Assembly (NCBI GenBank): GCA_903847405.1 | Contig: CAINDP010000007.1 | Coordinates: 48,969-112,968 of the forward strand | Reading direction: 5' to 3' | Source: an uncultured Myxococcales bacterium | Lineage (GTDB): Bacteria > Myxococcota_A > UBA9042 > DTJE01 | Length of the DNA stretch: 64,000 bases | Shown here: positions 52,444 through 62,192 of the stretch, in pieces | Layout of the letters: the number at the start of each line of letters is the position of its first letter | How positions within the stretch are numbered: the stretch's first letter is position 1 | Made by a program: the position numbers and the translations under genes | Notes under the pieces: model-generated | Told to the model about the DNA's origin: nothing | Database searches by the model: none | Seen by the model: the letters and a program-made list of their open reading frames with translations, nothing else

Positions 52444-52967
52444 CGCGGTTCCCGTCACCTTGGGGGGCCGGGTCTCGGGGGTGCCCCTCCGGGGACGGCG
52501 TGCCCGGGGGCGTTGCCCCCGTTCCCGCCTCTGTCCTCGCCGGCGGCTCTTCATTATTTCCCCCTCAAGGTGCCGCCGGCTGCGGAGCCCCTCCGGAGCA
52601 CTCCCGAACCCGGCCCGCGGTCGTTCTTTGGGGGCAGGGACGGGCGGGAGCTGTGCCGGACCAGGTTCCCGGCCGGTGTTCGATCCCGCGGATCCGGCCA
52701 CCGGATGAAATTCGTTAGGGACTGTCACGCGGATGGCAGGTCGAAACAACTTTGCGGAGGGCATGTCCGGACCGAGGGAGGGACGGACGATTCCGGTGGG
52801 GGGCAAATTCCGGTGGATGAAGGGACGAAATGTTCTTCTGGGGGTCTCCACAACGCAGTGGAGGGGACGAGATGTTTCCGCCGACTGCACCTTCGCGTGA
52901 AGGAAGGCGCCAAGGATTCACTTAGGGGCTTGAACCGTCGGGAAAGCGGGCATGCGACCGCCGGACC

Positions 52968-53618
52968 TCACCGCTCGTAAGGCGACGGGTTTGTCGGGAA
53001 CAGGAACGACACGCCCAACGCCAGGGACAGGTCCACGTCGATGCGGTTCGTTCCGGGGAACCTCGTGCGGTGGATGTGGCTGTCCACGTCGATGCGGATC
53101 GCCAGCCACGACAGGCCGGTGTAGAAGCGCACGCCGCCGCCCACCAGTCCGTAGGCGTCCCAGCGGCGGTCCAGGAGGATCGCGCCGACGCCCACGGTCA
53201 GGTACAGATCCATTTCGACCAGGATGCTGCCCAGGCGCATGGCCACGGGGTTCGACAGGGCGGTCTCGGCGTCCAGCATGTGCACGTCGGGCTCGGACGC
53301 CGCAGCCTGCAGCGCGGTACTCCCGCCGACCCGCGAGTACCCGTACTGCACGCCCACGGCCCAGGCCGGATCCAGGTGCAGCCACAGGCGCCCGCCGGTC
53401 AGGAACGTGCTGCCCATGGAGCGCCCCAGGTAGGTGCCGCCAAAGGGCACCAGTTCCAGTTGCAGGTGGTGGCGGTGACGGTACGCGTCGTCCAGGATGG
53501 GCGGGATCGCCCGGATATCGGGGGATGCGACAGGGAGGGACGCCGGTTCCGCCGCCGCCGCCGCCAGGGGCGCCGCCCAGATCGCGCACGCGACGAAACC
53601 CATCAGAACGCGGGTCAT
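52968..53618 (-). CDS. Putative small outer-membrane beta-barrel protein (216 aa)
   Basis: Signal peptide MTRVLMGFVACAIWAAPLAAAAA. Alternating amphipathic strands. C-terminal aromatic-rich ...LGVSFLFP. Confidence 0.5.
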   Translation of the reverse strand: MTRVLMGFVACAIWAAPLAAAAAEPASLPVASPDIRAIPPILDDAYRHRHHLQLELVPFGGTYLGRSMGSTFLTGGRLWLHLDPAWAVGVQYGYSRVGGSTALQAAASEPDVHMLDAETALSNPVAMRLGSILVEMDLYLTVGVGAILLDRRWDAYGLVGGGVRFYTGLSWLAIRIDVDSHIHRTRFPGTNRIDVDLSLALGVSFLFPTNPSPYER

Positions 53619-53772
53619 CGCTGCACCGCCTTCGCTGGTGTGATCCAGGAATGCGCATCGAACGGGCGGGGGTCAACGTCCGGTGGCAGGGGACTGCACG
53701 AAGGACGCTTGGCGTTGCGCCGCGCCTTCTGGTAAGGACCAGTTCCGGACCCTGGGGTCGGGAGGAAACGCC

Positions 53773-54675
53773 GTGGACCTGCCGCCATACCATCCGTTCC
53801 GCTCCGCCCGGGCGAAGGCCCGGTATCTTGCCGCGTACGACGTCCGCGCCGCGCGCTGGCCTGTTCCGTGCCGGGACGCGTGGATCGACACCTCGTTCGG
53901 CCGGACCTACGCCCGGGTCAGCGGTTCGGACGACGCCCCGCCGCTGGTCCTGCTGCCCGGGATCGGCGCGACGTCGCTGATGTGGTCGCTGATGGTCGCG
54001 GATCTGTCGCAGCGGCACCGGGTGATCGCGGTGGACAGCATCTTCGACCACGGTCGCAGCGTCTGGTCGCGCCCTCTGCGTTCCGCGGCCGACTACGTGC
54101 GCTGGCTGGACGACCTGTTCGACGGCCTGGGGCTTCCCGGCGGGATCGACCTGGTGGCCGCGTCCTACGGGGGGTGGATGGCCGCCGAATACGCGCTGCA
54201 GCGTCCCGAACGGCTGCGTCGGCTGGTGCTGATCGCCCCGGTGGGCGCGGTCCTGCGCCTGGGACCCGCGTTCATGGCGCGCGCGATGCTGGCCCAGGTG
54301 CCGACGCGGGCCTGCTTCCGGCAGTTCATGGCGTGGCTGGCGGCGGACCTTGCGCGCGGCGACGCGGCCGACCGGGAGATCTTCGAGGAGATGGTGGACG
54401 ACGGGTACACGGCGATGCGCTGGTTCAAGCCCCGGCGGCCGGTCTACCCCCGACGCCTGGCCGACCGCGAGTGGGCCGCCCTGGCCGTGCCCACCCTGTT
54501 CCTGGTGGGCGCAGACGATCGCCTGTTCCCGCCTGCCAGGGCCATCGAGCGCTTGCACCGCGTCGCCCCCGGGATCCGGACCGACGTCGTCCCCGGGGCC
54601 GGCCACGACATGTTCGCGACGAAGCCCGGCGACGTCAGTGCGCGCATCCTGCGGTTCCTGGAACCCTTCCCGTGA
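53773..54675 (+). CDS. Alpha/beta-fold hydrolase (300 aa)
   Basis: GTG at 53773, 6 nt after RBS GGGAGGAAA. LLPGIGATS, nucleophile elbow AASYGGWMA, C-terminal GAGHDM. Confidence 0.75.
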   Translation: MDLPPYHPFRSARAKARYLAAYDVRAARWPVPCRDAWIDTSFGRTYARVSGSDDAPPLVLLPGIGATSLMWSLMVADLSQRHRVIAVDSIFDHGRSVWSRPLRSAADYVRWLDDLFDGLGLPGGIDLVAASYGGWMAAEYALQRPERLRRLVLIAPVGAVLRLGPAFMARAMLAQVPTRACFRQFMAWLAADLARGDAADREIFEEMVDDGYTAMRWFKPRRPVYPRRLADREWAALAVPTLFLVGADDRLFPPARAIERLHRVAPGIRTDVVPGAGHDMFATKPGDVSARILRFLEPFP

Positions 54676-54872
54676 GCCCGCCGGGAAAATGGGGACAGAA
54701 AATGGGGACAGACACCGATTTCCAGGAAATCGGTGTCTGTCCCCATTTTCGGAACGCGCTCGATGACGCGGTTCTGCGCGCTGGGCAGCGCCGACGCATT
54801 GATCCCCTCGGCCCCCCGGTCTACCATGCTGCATCCGGGGCGGGGGTGCCGTCCCGTCGATGGGGGGCAAGA

Positions 54873-55193
54873 ATGCCTGGCGCAGCCCGAATCGGTGACA
54901 AGTCGCAGTGCCCGGCGGACGTCCATGGCTGCCCGGCGTGCGTCCACTCGGTGGTGGGACCGGCGATCATCGGATCGCCGGACGTGTTGATCAACAACCT
55001 GCCCGCCGTGCGGGTCGGGGACATGGGGATCCACGCGGTGTGCTGCGGCCCGAACACCTGGACCGCGGTGATGGGCTCGGCCACGGTGCTGATCAACGGC
55101 AAGCCGGCCCATCGGCAGAACGACATGGACCAGCACTGCGGCGGCGTTGGCAAGATGATCGAGGGCAGTCCGGATGTCCAGATCGGGGGTTGA
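54873..55193 (+). CDS. PAAR-domain protein (106 aa)
   Basis: Three PAAR repeats: MPGAARIGD.., GSPDVLINNLPAVRVGD.., GSATVLINGKPAHRQND.., ending GSPDVQIGG. The stop TGA is immediately followed by the next ATG (TGAATG). Confidence 0.75.
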   Translation: MPGAARIGDKSQCPADVHGCPACVHSVVGPAIIGSPDVLINNLPAVRVGDMGIHAVCCGPNTWTAVMGSATVLINGKPAHRQNDMDQHCGGVGKMIEGSPDVQIGG

Positions 55194-58100
55194 ATGCGCA
55201 AGAACGACTATTTCCCTTACGACATCCAGATTTCCGAGGTCCAGTGGGATCGACTGGGACTGGGCAAGGTCCGGGCCGAACTGCGGGCCCTGGGCGAGGT
55301 CCCGGACGTCGTCTTCCTGCGGCACACCGCAGCGCGGATGAACCGGATGGCCGAGCCGGGCACCCGGCCCGCCCACGCGCGCCTGATGAACCTGTATGCC
55401 CTGCTGACCCGCATCGAGCGGTACGTGGTGGACAATTACGCGGAAACGATGCATCCCGGCATCCTGGGGCGCGCAGAGGACGACGCCCGGCGCCAGACCT
55501 CGGCGGAGGACGTTACGTCCGCCCAGCAGGGCTTCGCCCGCTACTTCCCGCCGGTGACTGTCCTGGACGGGGTGGAGCCGCCCCAGGACTACCTGGCGCC
55601 CCGCGAGGATGCCGCCCGCCGCCGGGACCGCATGGTGCGGGAGTTCCTGCTGCTGCGCGTCGCGGCCGAGAACCCGGCCGTGGACGACTTCCGCGTGCTG
55701 CTGGATGACGGCCGCATGGCCGCGGCGACGCCCTTCCGGAAGGTGGCCCGGGCGCTGGAAACCAGCCTTCGCCGCGCGCCGGCCCTGGGGCCCCTGGGCA
55801 TGACGCTTCCCGACCTGCTGCGGGCGCCGATCCTGGCGTCGCCGCACTCGCTGGAAGGGCAGGTCGAGTACGTCCGCGATCACTGGCAGGGCATCCTGCC
55901 GCCGGAACTGCTGCGGGAAATCCTGACCGCCTTCGAGATGATCCGCGAGGAGGAACGGGAGTGGGGCGGCGGCACCGCCGGCCCGCCCCAGGTCCTGGAG
56001 TTCGGCGGCCGCGACGCCCTGGCCGGGTACCCGGAGGTCGAGGCCTTTTCCCGGGACGCGGACTGGATGTCCAACGTCGTGCTGATCGCGAAGATGGTCT
56101 ATGTGTGGCTGGACCAGTTGACCAAGCGCTACGGCCGTCCCATCCAGCGCCTGGACGAGGTCCCCGATGACGAACTGGACCGCCTGGCCCGGTGGGGGTT
56201 CACGGGCCTGTGGCTGATCGGCCAGTGGGAGCGGTCCCCGGCCTCCCAGCGGATCAAGCAGATCGCGGGCAACCCGGACGCCATCGCTTCCGCCTATTCC
56301 CTGTACGACTACCAGGTCGCCTGGGACCTGGGCGGCGAGGAGGCTCTGGCCAACCTGAAGGAACGCCTGGCCCGTCGCGGGATCCGCCTGGCCAGCGACA
56401 TGGTGCCCAACCACACGGGGATCTACTCGCGCTGGACCGTCGAGCACCCCGAATGGTACGTGCAACTGGACTACCCCCCGTACCCGGCCTACCAGTTCAC
56501 CGGACCGGACCTGTCCTTCGACGGGCGCGTCAGCATGCGCATCGAGGACGGCTACTGGGAAAAGCGCGACGCCGCCGTGGTGTTCCAGCACGTGGACAAC
56601 CAGACCGGGCGGGTGCGGTACATCTACCACGGCAACGACGGCACCAGCACGCCCTGGAACGACACGGCGCAGTTGAACTACCTGCTGCCCGAGGTCCGCG
56701 AGGCGGTCATCCAGACGATCCTGCAGGTGGCCCGCCGCAGCCCGATCATCCGGTTCGACGCGGCCATGACGCTGGCCAAGAAGCACTACCAGCGCCTGTG
56801 GTTCCCCCAGCCCGATCAGCCCAGCGGCGTCCCGTCCCGGGCCGAGCACGGCATGACGCGGGCGGAATTCGACCACGTCTTCCCGATCGAGTTCTGGCGC
56901 CAGGTCGTGGACCGCGTCGCGGCCGAGGCGCCCGACACGCTGCTGCTGGCCGAGGCCTTCTGGCTGATGGAGGGCTACTTCGTCCGGACGCTGGGGATGC
57001 ACCGCGTCTACAACAGCGCGTTCATGAACATGCTGAAGCTGGAGGACAACGCCAACTACCGGCTGACGATCAAGAACGTGCTGGAGTTCAACCCGGAAAT
57101 CCTGAAGCGCTTCGTCAACTTCATGAACAACCCCGACGAGTTGACCGCGGTCGAGCAGTTCGGGAAGGAAGGCAAGTACATCGGCGCCGCGGTGCTGCTG
57201 GTCACGATGCCCGGCCTGCCCATGTTCGGGCACGGCCAGATCGAGGGCTTCCACGAAAAGTACGGCATGGAGTACCGGCGCGCCCGTTGGGACGAGCCGA
57301 TCGACGAGCACCTGGTGCACCAGCACGAGTCCTGCATCTTCCCGCTGATGCGCAAGCGGTACCTGTTCAGCGGGTCCGAAAATTTCGCGTTCTACGACTT
57401 CTTCGCGGGCGACTCGGTCAACGAGGACGTGTTCGCGTATTCGAACCGCGCCGGGGACGAACGAGGCCTGATCCTGTACCACAACCGGTACGCGACCACC
57501 TCGGGCTGGATCCGGACGTCCACCGCGGTTTCCCGGAAGAATGCCGGGGGCGACGCGGCGCTGGTGCAGACGTCGCTGGGCGACGCCCTGGGATTCAATC
57601 CGGACGGGCGCTTCTACTACGCGTTCAAGGACTGGGGCAGCGGCGAGGAGTTCCTGCGCTCGGGCCGGGAACTGGTCGAAAAGGGCCTGTTCGTCGAACT
57701 GGGCGCATACGAATACAAGGCGTTCCTGGACTTCCGGGAGATTCGCGACGACGACTTCGGCACCTGGGGGCGCCTGCACCACCGCCTGGGCGGGGCGCCG
57801 GTCGTCAGCCTGGACGACGAGATCAAGATCGTGCGGTACGAGCCCGTGCACGTCGCCCTGGCCGCGTTCCACGAGGAGGCCCGGGACGCCTTGGCCGCGA
57901 TGTTCGACGCGACGGCCAAGCCTGCCGCCCGTCGGGCCGCCGCCGGCCCCGTGGCTGGGCGGGCGCGGGAACTGCGCGCTGCTCTGGCGGCGCAGAGGGG
58001 TGTTCCGTCCGACGCCGCGGCGGAAGCGGTCGGGGCCGAGGCCTTCACCGCCCGCCTGGACGCCGCCCTGGCGCCGATCGAACCGGCGGGCACCGAGCCG

Positions 58101-58598
58101 GAGCGCCTGCTGCTGCTGACCTGGCTGGCGATCGTCACGTCCACGGGAAGTGCCGAGGACGAGGCGCCTGCCGTCCCGGCGACGTGGCTGGACGAACTGG
58201 GGCTGTCGCGCGCCATCGACCTGGCGGGCGCTCGGGGCGCGCACCTGGCGGGATCGGTGCTGCTGAAGATCCTGCTGGCGAACCGCCGCCTGCTGGGGGA
58301 CTTGACCGGTGCGGACCTGGCGTCCGGGATGGCGCGCCTGTTCGCGGATGCGACGGCGAGGACCGCGATGGGCGTGCATGCCAGCGACGGGGTCGAGTGG
58401 TTCCACCAGGAGAGCTTCGCGGAGGTCGTCCGCTGGCTGTGGCTGGCGACGCGGGTCGATGCGGGTCGCCTGCCCGGTCCCGGGGACGACGTGGCGGTGG
58501 ACGGCATCCTGGAGGCGGCCCGCGTGGCCGGGTTCCGGTCCGATCGCTTCCTGGCGGCGCTGGATGGGGCGGTGGCCCGTCCGGGCGAGGTCGGATAG
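55194..58598 (+). CDS. Large (1134 aa) GH13-family (alpha-amylase-like) enzyme with ~300-aa N-terminal and ~350-aa Ala-rich C-terminal extensions
   Basis: GH13 blocks GFTGLWLIGQWERSP, YSLYDYQVAWDLGGEEALANL, region I DMVPNHTG, region II IIRFDAAMTLAKK, region III LLLAEAFW, region IV FVNFMNNPDE. No signal peptide. Confidence 0.8.
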   Translation: MRKNDYFPYDIQISEVQWDRLGLGKVRAELRALGEVPDVVFLRHTAARMNRMAEPGTRPAHARLMNLYALLTRIERYVVDNYAETMHPGILGRAEDDARRQTSAEDVTSAQQGFARYFPPVTVLDGVEPPQDYLAPREDAARRRDRMVREFLLLRVAAENPAVDDFRVLLDDGRMAAATPFRKVARALETSLRRAPALGPLGMTLPDLLRAPILASPHSLEGQVEYVRDHWQGILPPELLREILTAFEMIREEEREWGGGTAGPPQVLEFGGRDALAGYPEVEAFSRDADWMSNVVLIAKMVYVWLDQLTKRYGRPIQRLDEVPDDELDRLARWGFTGLWLIGQWERSPASQRIKQIAGNPDAIASAYSLYDYQVAWDLGGEEALANLKERLARRGIRLASDMVPNHTGIYSRWTVEHPEWYVQLDYPPYPAYQFTGPDLSFDGRVSMRIEDGYWEKRDAAVVFQHVDNQTGRVRYIYHGNDGTSTPWNDTAQLNYLLPEVREAVIQTILQVARRSPIIRFDAAMTLAKKHYQRLWFPQPDQPSGVPSRAEHGMTRAEFDHVFPIEFWRQVVDRVAAEAPDTLLLAEAFWLMEGYFVRTLGMHRVYNSAFMNMLKLEDNANYRLTIKNVLEFNPEILKRFVNFMNNPDELTAVEQFGKEGKYIGAAVLLVTMPGLPMFGHGQIEGFHEKYGMEYRRARWDEPIDEHLVHQHESCIFPLMRKRYLFSGSENFAFYDFFAGDSVNEDVFAYSNRAGDERGLILYHNRYATTSGWIRTSTAVSRKNAGGDAALVQTSLGDALGFNPDGRFYYAFKDWGSGEEFLRSGRELVEKGLFVELGAYEYKAFLDFREIRDDDFGTWGRLHHRLGGAPVVSLDDEIKIVRYEPVHVALAAFHEEARDALAAMFDATAKPAARRAAAGPVAGRARELRAALAAQRGVPSDAAAEAVGAEAFTARLDAALAPIEPAGTEPERLLLLTWLAIVTSTGSAEDEAPAVPATWLDELGLSRAIDLAGARGAHLAGSVLLKILLANRRLLGDLTGADLASGMARLFADATARTAMGVHASDGVEWFHQESFAEVVRWLWLATRVDAGRLPGPGDDVAVDGILEAARVAGFRSDRFLAALDGAVARPGEVG

Positions 58599-58602
58599 GC
58601 GA

Positions 58603-59805
58603 TCAGCCGACCGCGGTGATGCTGCCCGCGATGCTCCGCGCGACGACGTCCGCCAGCAGGCCCAGGCGCAGCCCGGCGCGGCCCCGCCCGATCCGGGGGG
58701 CCGGGGCGCCGACGTGGCCCTCGTGCCACACTTCCAGCGAACCGACGTGGCGCTTCGACAGGTCCCGCAGGAACTGCCGGATGTCGATCCGCTGTTCGGG
58801 CAGCGTCCCGCCTTCGCCCAGCAGCATGCCGGTGTAGTGGCACCCCCAGGACAGCAGCACGTCGTCCGGCCGCAGGAAGGCCGTCCAGCGGGCCAGGAAG
58901 GCGTCGAAGGGCTCGCCTGCCAGGATGTCGTCCGCCGGGATCTCGGCGTGGAGGTGTGCCGAGGGCGCCATGGCGTGCCGCGGGGCCAGCACGGCCTGGA
59001 AGGTTTCGCCCGTGGCGGGACGGACCGCGACCCAGTGGACCAGTTCGTCGGGGAGGCCCGTGGCGTCCTTCCGGGGCCAGGCGTTCGCCTCCCCGGCGAC
59101 ACAGACGAGGTTCGCAGATCGTTCCACCAGCGTCGCCAGGGCCGGGGGAGGCGGCGGAGGCTGGCTGTTCCGGATCCTTCGGCGGGGCGAATGGAACTGC
59201 TCCGCATGCTGCACCTGGAACTCCACCATCGAGCGGAAGGGGGCCAGCAACCGGAGAGCCCCGGCCGGGTCGTCCTCCAGGACGCCCAGGACGTAGGACA
59301 GTGCCTCGATCGTGGACACGCAGTCCTCGTGGGGCTCGCGGCGGATGCGGTACTCGCTGGCGGCGGGCGGGCGGAACGCATAGCGGGGCAGGGCGGCCAG
59401 CCGGGGGTTGCGGTGGACCAGCTTGGCGGCCTGGGACCACGTGCCGTCCAGCACCACCAGGGTCACGGGACCTTTCGGCGGCGTGCGCAGGATGTCCGGC
59501 GCGTCGGGGCCGGGAAACAGCAGCACCGGGGGGCGCGCGGGGTCCGACAGCGTCGCCTGCAGGGCCGCGACGTCGTCCCATTCGATGCCGACGTGCAGCT
59601 CCGAGTTGGGCAGGCACAGGTGGGCCATGCGGGCCGTGCCGATGGCGACCCGGACCTCCCGGGGGTGCTGCAGGAACACGACCCGCGTGCGGGTGGGAAC
59701 CGAGGGAAGGTCCGCGCACCAGCACGCCACGGCGGGCCGTCGGCATCGCCGGCAGACCGGGCGATCCTGCGTCGTCCCGCTTTCCTGCAAAACCTTCTGC
59801 GCCAC
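58603..59805 (-). CDS. tapT: DTW-domain tRNA-uridine aminocarboxypropyltransferase (TapT-like) fused to an uncharacterised ~190-aa C-terminal domain
   Basis: GTG at 59805, 5 nt after GGGAGG. N-terminal Cys cluster CRRCRRPAVACWC and DTW motif LVVLDGTWSQAAKL. The extra C-terminal region is ...LVCVAGEANAWPRKDATGLPDELVHWVAV... The ORF-track extension to 60153 was rejected. Confidence 0.7.
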   Translation of the reverse strand: MAQKVLQESGTTQDRPVCRRCRRPAVACWCADLPSVPTRTRVVFLQHPREVRVAIGTARMAHLCLPNSELHVGIEWDDVAALQATLSDPARPPVLLFPGPDAPDILRTPPKGPVTLVVLDGTWSQAAKLVHRNPRLAALPRYAFRPPAASEYRIRREPHEDCVSTIEALSYVLGVLEDDPAGALRLLAPFRSMVEFQVQHAEQFHSPRRRIRNSQPPPPPPALATLVERSANLVCVAGEANAWPRKDATGLPDELVHWVAVRPATGETFQAVLAPRHAMAPSAHLHAEIPADDILAGEPFDAFLARWTAFLRPDDVLLSWGCHYTGMLLGEGGTLPEQRIDIRQFLRDLSKRHVGSLEVWHEGHVGAPAPRIGRGRAGLRLGLLADVVARSIAGSITAVG

Positions 59806-60091
59806 GTCGCCCTCCCTGGCCGGCGGAAGCCTACACGCGCGCCCGGGGGATCTCAAGCACTCGGCCGGCCGTCCGGTGGACCGATCCGCGGGACGGCGAC
59901 GCGTCGATGACGGCGACCCTGCGGAGGTTCCTCGGGAAGTGCGCCCCGGACTGCCCCTGCGCCCCGGCGGCGCTAGAATCGGGATGAACCGCATCGAAAT
60001 GTCCGGCCCCGGGGGAGAAACCCGCCAGGCGCCCGCGGTTCGGCTGTGCGCGGTACCAGGCCGGGCCTCGAGGCCCGACGGGAGGTGCGTC

Positions 60092-60583
60092 ATGGCGATA
60101 TGTCCGAAGCTCAAGAGGTTCCTGGGCGAACGAGGAGTCCGGTACGAGGTCATCGACCACCCGCTTGCCTACGCCGCGTCCGACGTCGCCCGCACCAGCC
60201 ACATCGGGCCACGCATGCTGGTGAAGGCCGTGGTGGTCGACGCCGACGGCAAGCCCTGGATGGTGGCGGTCGCCGCGACCCAGAAGGTCAACCTGCGGAA
60301 GGTGGCCGAGGCGCTGGGAGTGCGCCATGCCCGGCTGGAAAAGGAAAGCGACCTCGCGGTCCTCTTCGGCGATTGCGAGCCGGGCGCCATGCCGCCGTTC
60401 GGGAATCTTTACGGCATGAAGGTGGTCGCAGACCCGGTGCTGTACATGGACCGCGATATCGCCTTCAACGCCGGAGACCACACCACCGTGGTGAAGATGG
60501 CCTTCGAGGACTTCGAGCGCCTGGTCCAGCCCCTGCAGGCGGAGGTCACGGGGGAACTGGACGACGATCTGTACAGCCGCTGA
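60092..60583 (+). CDS. YbaK/ProX-family aminoacyl-tRNA deacylase-like protein
   Basis: ATG at 60092 with RBS GGGAGG. 163 aa. MLVKAVVVDADGKPWMVAVAATQKVNLRKVAEALG is typical of the YbaK/ProX editing domain. Confidence 0.7.
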   Translation: MAICPKLKRFLGERGVRYEVIDHPLAYAASDVARTSHIGPRMLVKAVVVDADGKPWMVAVAATQKVNLRKVAEALGVRHARLEKESDLAVLFGDCEPGAMPPFGNLYGMKVVADPVLYMDRDIAFNAGDHTTVVKMAFEDFERLVQPLQAEVTGELDDDLYSR

Positions 60584-60742
60584 CCTGGTCGCCGACCTTC
60601 GCCGCATCTTCCGATGTCGCTGGTGGAATCGGTGCTTTGGGCGCGACCGTGTGGACAATCCCCCGGTGCAGAAGGAAGATTCGGCCTGTCGGACCCGGAT
60701 TGTCCTGGTGGTCGGGCGGGAGCCGCCCGGGAGATGAGCGTC

Positions 60743-62137
60743 ATGGAACGTGATCCCTTGCTGCGAGCCCAGGAGGCTGCCCCGTCCCGGAAGCCCGCCG
60801 AGGCGGACCAGGGGGCTTCCCGCGGCAACGCGATGCGCAAATCCCTGCTGGGACTGTCCTACGACGAGCAGCGGGCGCGGCTGTCCCCCTCCTCGGCGGA
60901 AAGCGGCGCCCAGGAGTCGATCGTTTCGGTGATCTCGCCCGGTGCGGGACCCAACATGACCAATGCCGCCGACACGCTGCCGTCCACGAAAGCGCCCCCG
61001 GCCGGCGGGGCTGCGCCTGCAGGGACCGGCACCCTGGGTTCCGGGGCCCGGCCCATGCTGCGCACGGGGTCCAGCGGTGATTCCGTCATCGAACTGCAGA
61101 GCCTGCTGAACCACACGGACGAGGTGAACCAGAGCCTGCACGTGGACGGGCAGTTCGGTCCCCTGACCCTGAACGCCGTGCGGCAGTTCCAGGCGGCGCA
61201 CCCACCCCTGGTCGTGGACGGCGTGGTCGGTCCCCTGACCTGGGGGGCCCTGGACGGCACCCCGGGCGAGGCCCAGGCGCCCGAACCGGTCGCGAAGAAA
61301 CTGTACGAACGCGGCACCGACGCCTACGAGAAGGGCGATTTCGCCCATGCGTACGACCTGTTCACCAGCGCCGACGAACACGTCCACCTGCCGGCCCTCA
61401 CCTTCGATCGGGCGCAGTCCCTGCGGCGCCTGGGCGCCCGGTCCGAGGAGGCCATCGCCCTGTACGAGCAGTATGTCGCCGAGGGCGGCGCCCGGTCTGC
61501 CGAAGCCGCGGGCTACATCGTGGAACTGAAGGGCCCGGGGAAATCGGGCGACGAGGCGGCGGACGCCCACGGGGCCCGGGCCCTCTGGGACAAGGGGCGC
61601 ACGCTGTACGAGGCCGGCGACTATTCACACGCCTACGAGGAGTTCACCAAGGCCGACCAGGTGGAGCATCGGGCGGCCCTCACGTTCGATCGCGCCCAGG
61701 CCCTGAAGAAGATGGGCGGCCGGAGGGAGGAGGCGATCGCCCTGTACGATCAGTACATCGCCGAGGGAACAGGGTCGCGACTCCACGACGCGATCAACAG
61801 CGTCGCCGAGATGCGCGGACCCTCCAAGACCGGCGTGGAAGAGGTGGATGCGGCTGCGGCGAAGGACCTGTACCGGCGCGGGTCGGCGCTGTACGACGCC
61901 GGCGACTATGCCCACGCCTTTGACGAGTTCACCAAGTCCGACAACGTCGCGCACCGCGTGGCCAGCACCTTCAACCGCGCCCAGGCGCTGCGGATGCTGG
62001 GCGGCCGGCGCGACGAGGCCATCGCGCTGTACGAGGCCTATCTGGCCGAGGGCGGCGGGACCCGGGAAGGCGAGGCGCGATTCTACCGGGACGAACTGCG
62101 GACCCAGGGGGCGTCGGCCCCGCCGAAAGCGGTGTGA
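60743..62137 (+). CDS. Peptidoglycan-binding (PG_binding_1) protein with three TPR-like repeats
   Basis: GDSVIELQSLLN...DGQFGPLTLNAVRQFQAAH...DGVVGPLTWGAL (PGBD). Three ~75-aa repeats of LYERGTDAYEKGDFAHAYDLFT...LTFDRAQSLRRLG..EEAIALYEQYVAEGG. The start is 60743 (RBS GGGAG, 9 nt) or 60734. Confidence 0.65.
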   Translation: MERDPLLRAQEAAPSRKPAEADQGASRGNAMRKSLLGLSYDEQRARLSPSSAESGAQESIVSVISPGAGPNMTNAADTLPSTKAPPAGGAAPAGTGTLGSGARPMLRTGSSGDSVIELQSLLNHTDEVNQSLHVDGQFGPLTLNAVRQFQAAHPPLVVDGVVGPLTWGALDGTPGEAQAPEPVAKKLYERGTDAYEKGDFAHAYDLFTSADEHVHLPALTFDRAQSLRRLGARSEEAIALYEQYVAEGGARSAEAAGYIVELKGPGKSGDEAADAHGARALWDKGRTLYEAGDYSHAYEEFTKADQVEHRAALTFDRAQALKKMGGRREEAIALYDQYIAEGTGSRLHDAINSVAEMRGPSKTGVEEVDAAAAKDLYRRGSALYDAGDYAHAFDEFTKSDNVAHRVASTFNRAQALRMLGGRRDEAIALYEAYLAEGGGTREGEARFYRDELRTQGASAPPKAV

Positions 62138-62192
62138 CGCCGTGGCGCGCAGTTTGCTACGGAAGACGGTGTCTCGTGAGGGAGAGCCGATC

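Noticed and set aside
45085-52890. Long minus-strand ORFs 45085..47547, 47887..50484 and 50497..52890
   Set aside because: They are antisense to cphA, cphA' and cstA, which have unambiguous family motifs. Their composition is Arg/Gly/Pro/His-rich.
54873-55193. Calling a type VI secretion locus
   Set aside because: Only the PAAR protein is present. No Hcp, VgrG, TssB/C, ClpV or baseplate genes exist in the window, so a T6SS cannot be asserted from this sequence.
54444-59746. 1645-aa and 709-aa minus-strand ORFs
   Set aside because: They are antisense to the GH13-like gene and out of frame with tapT. They have no motifs.
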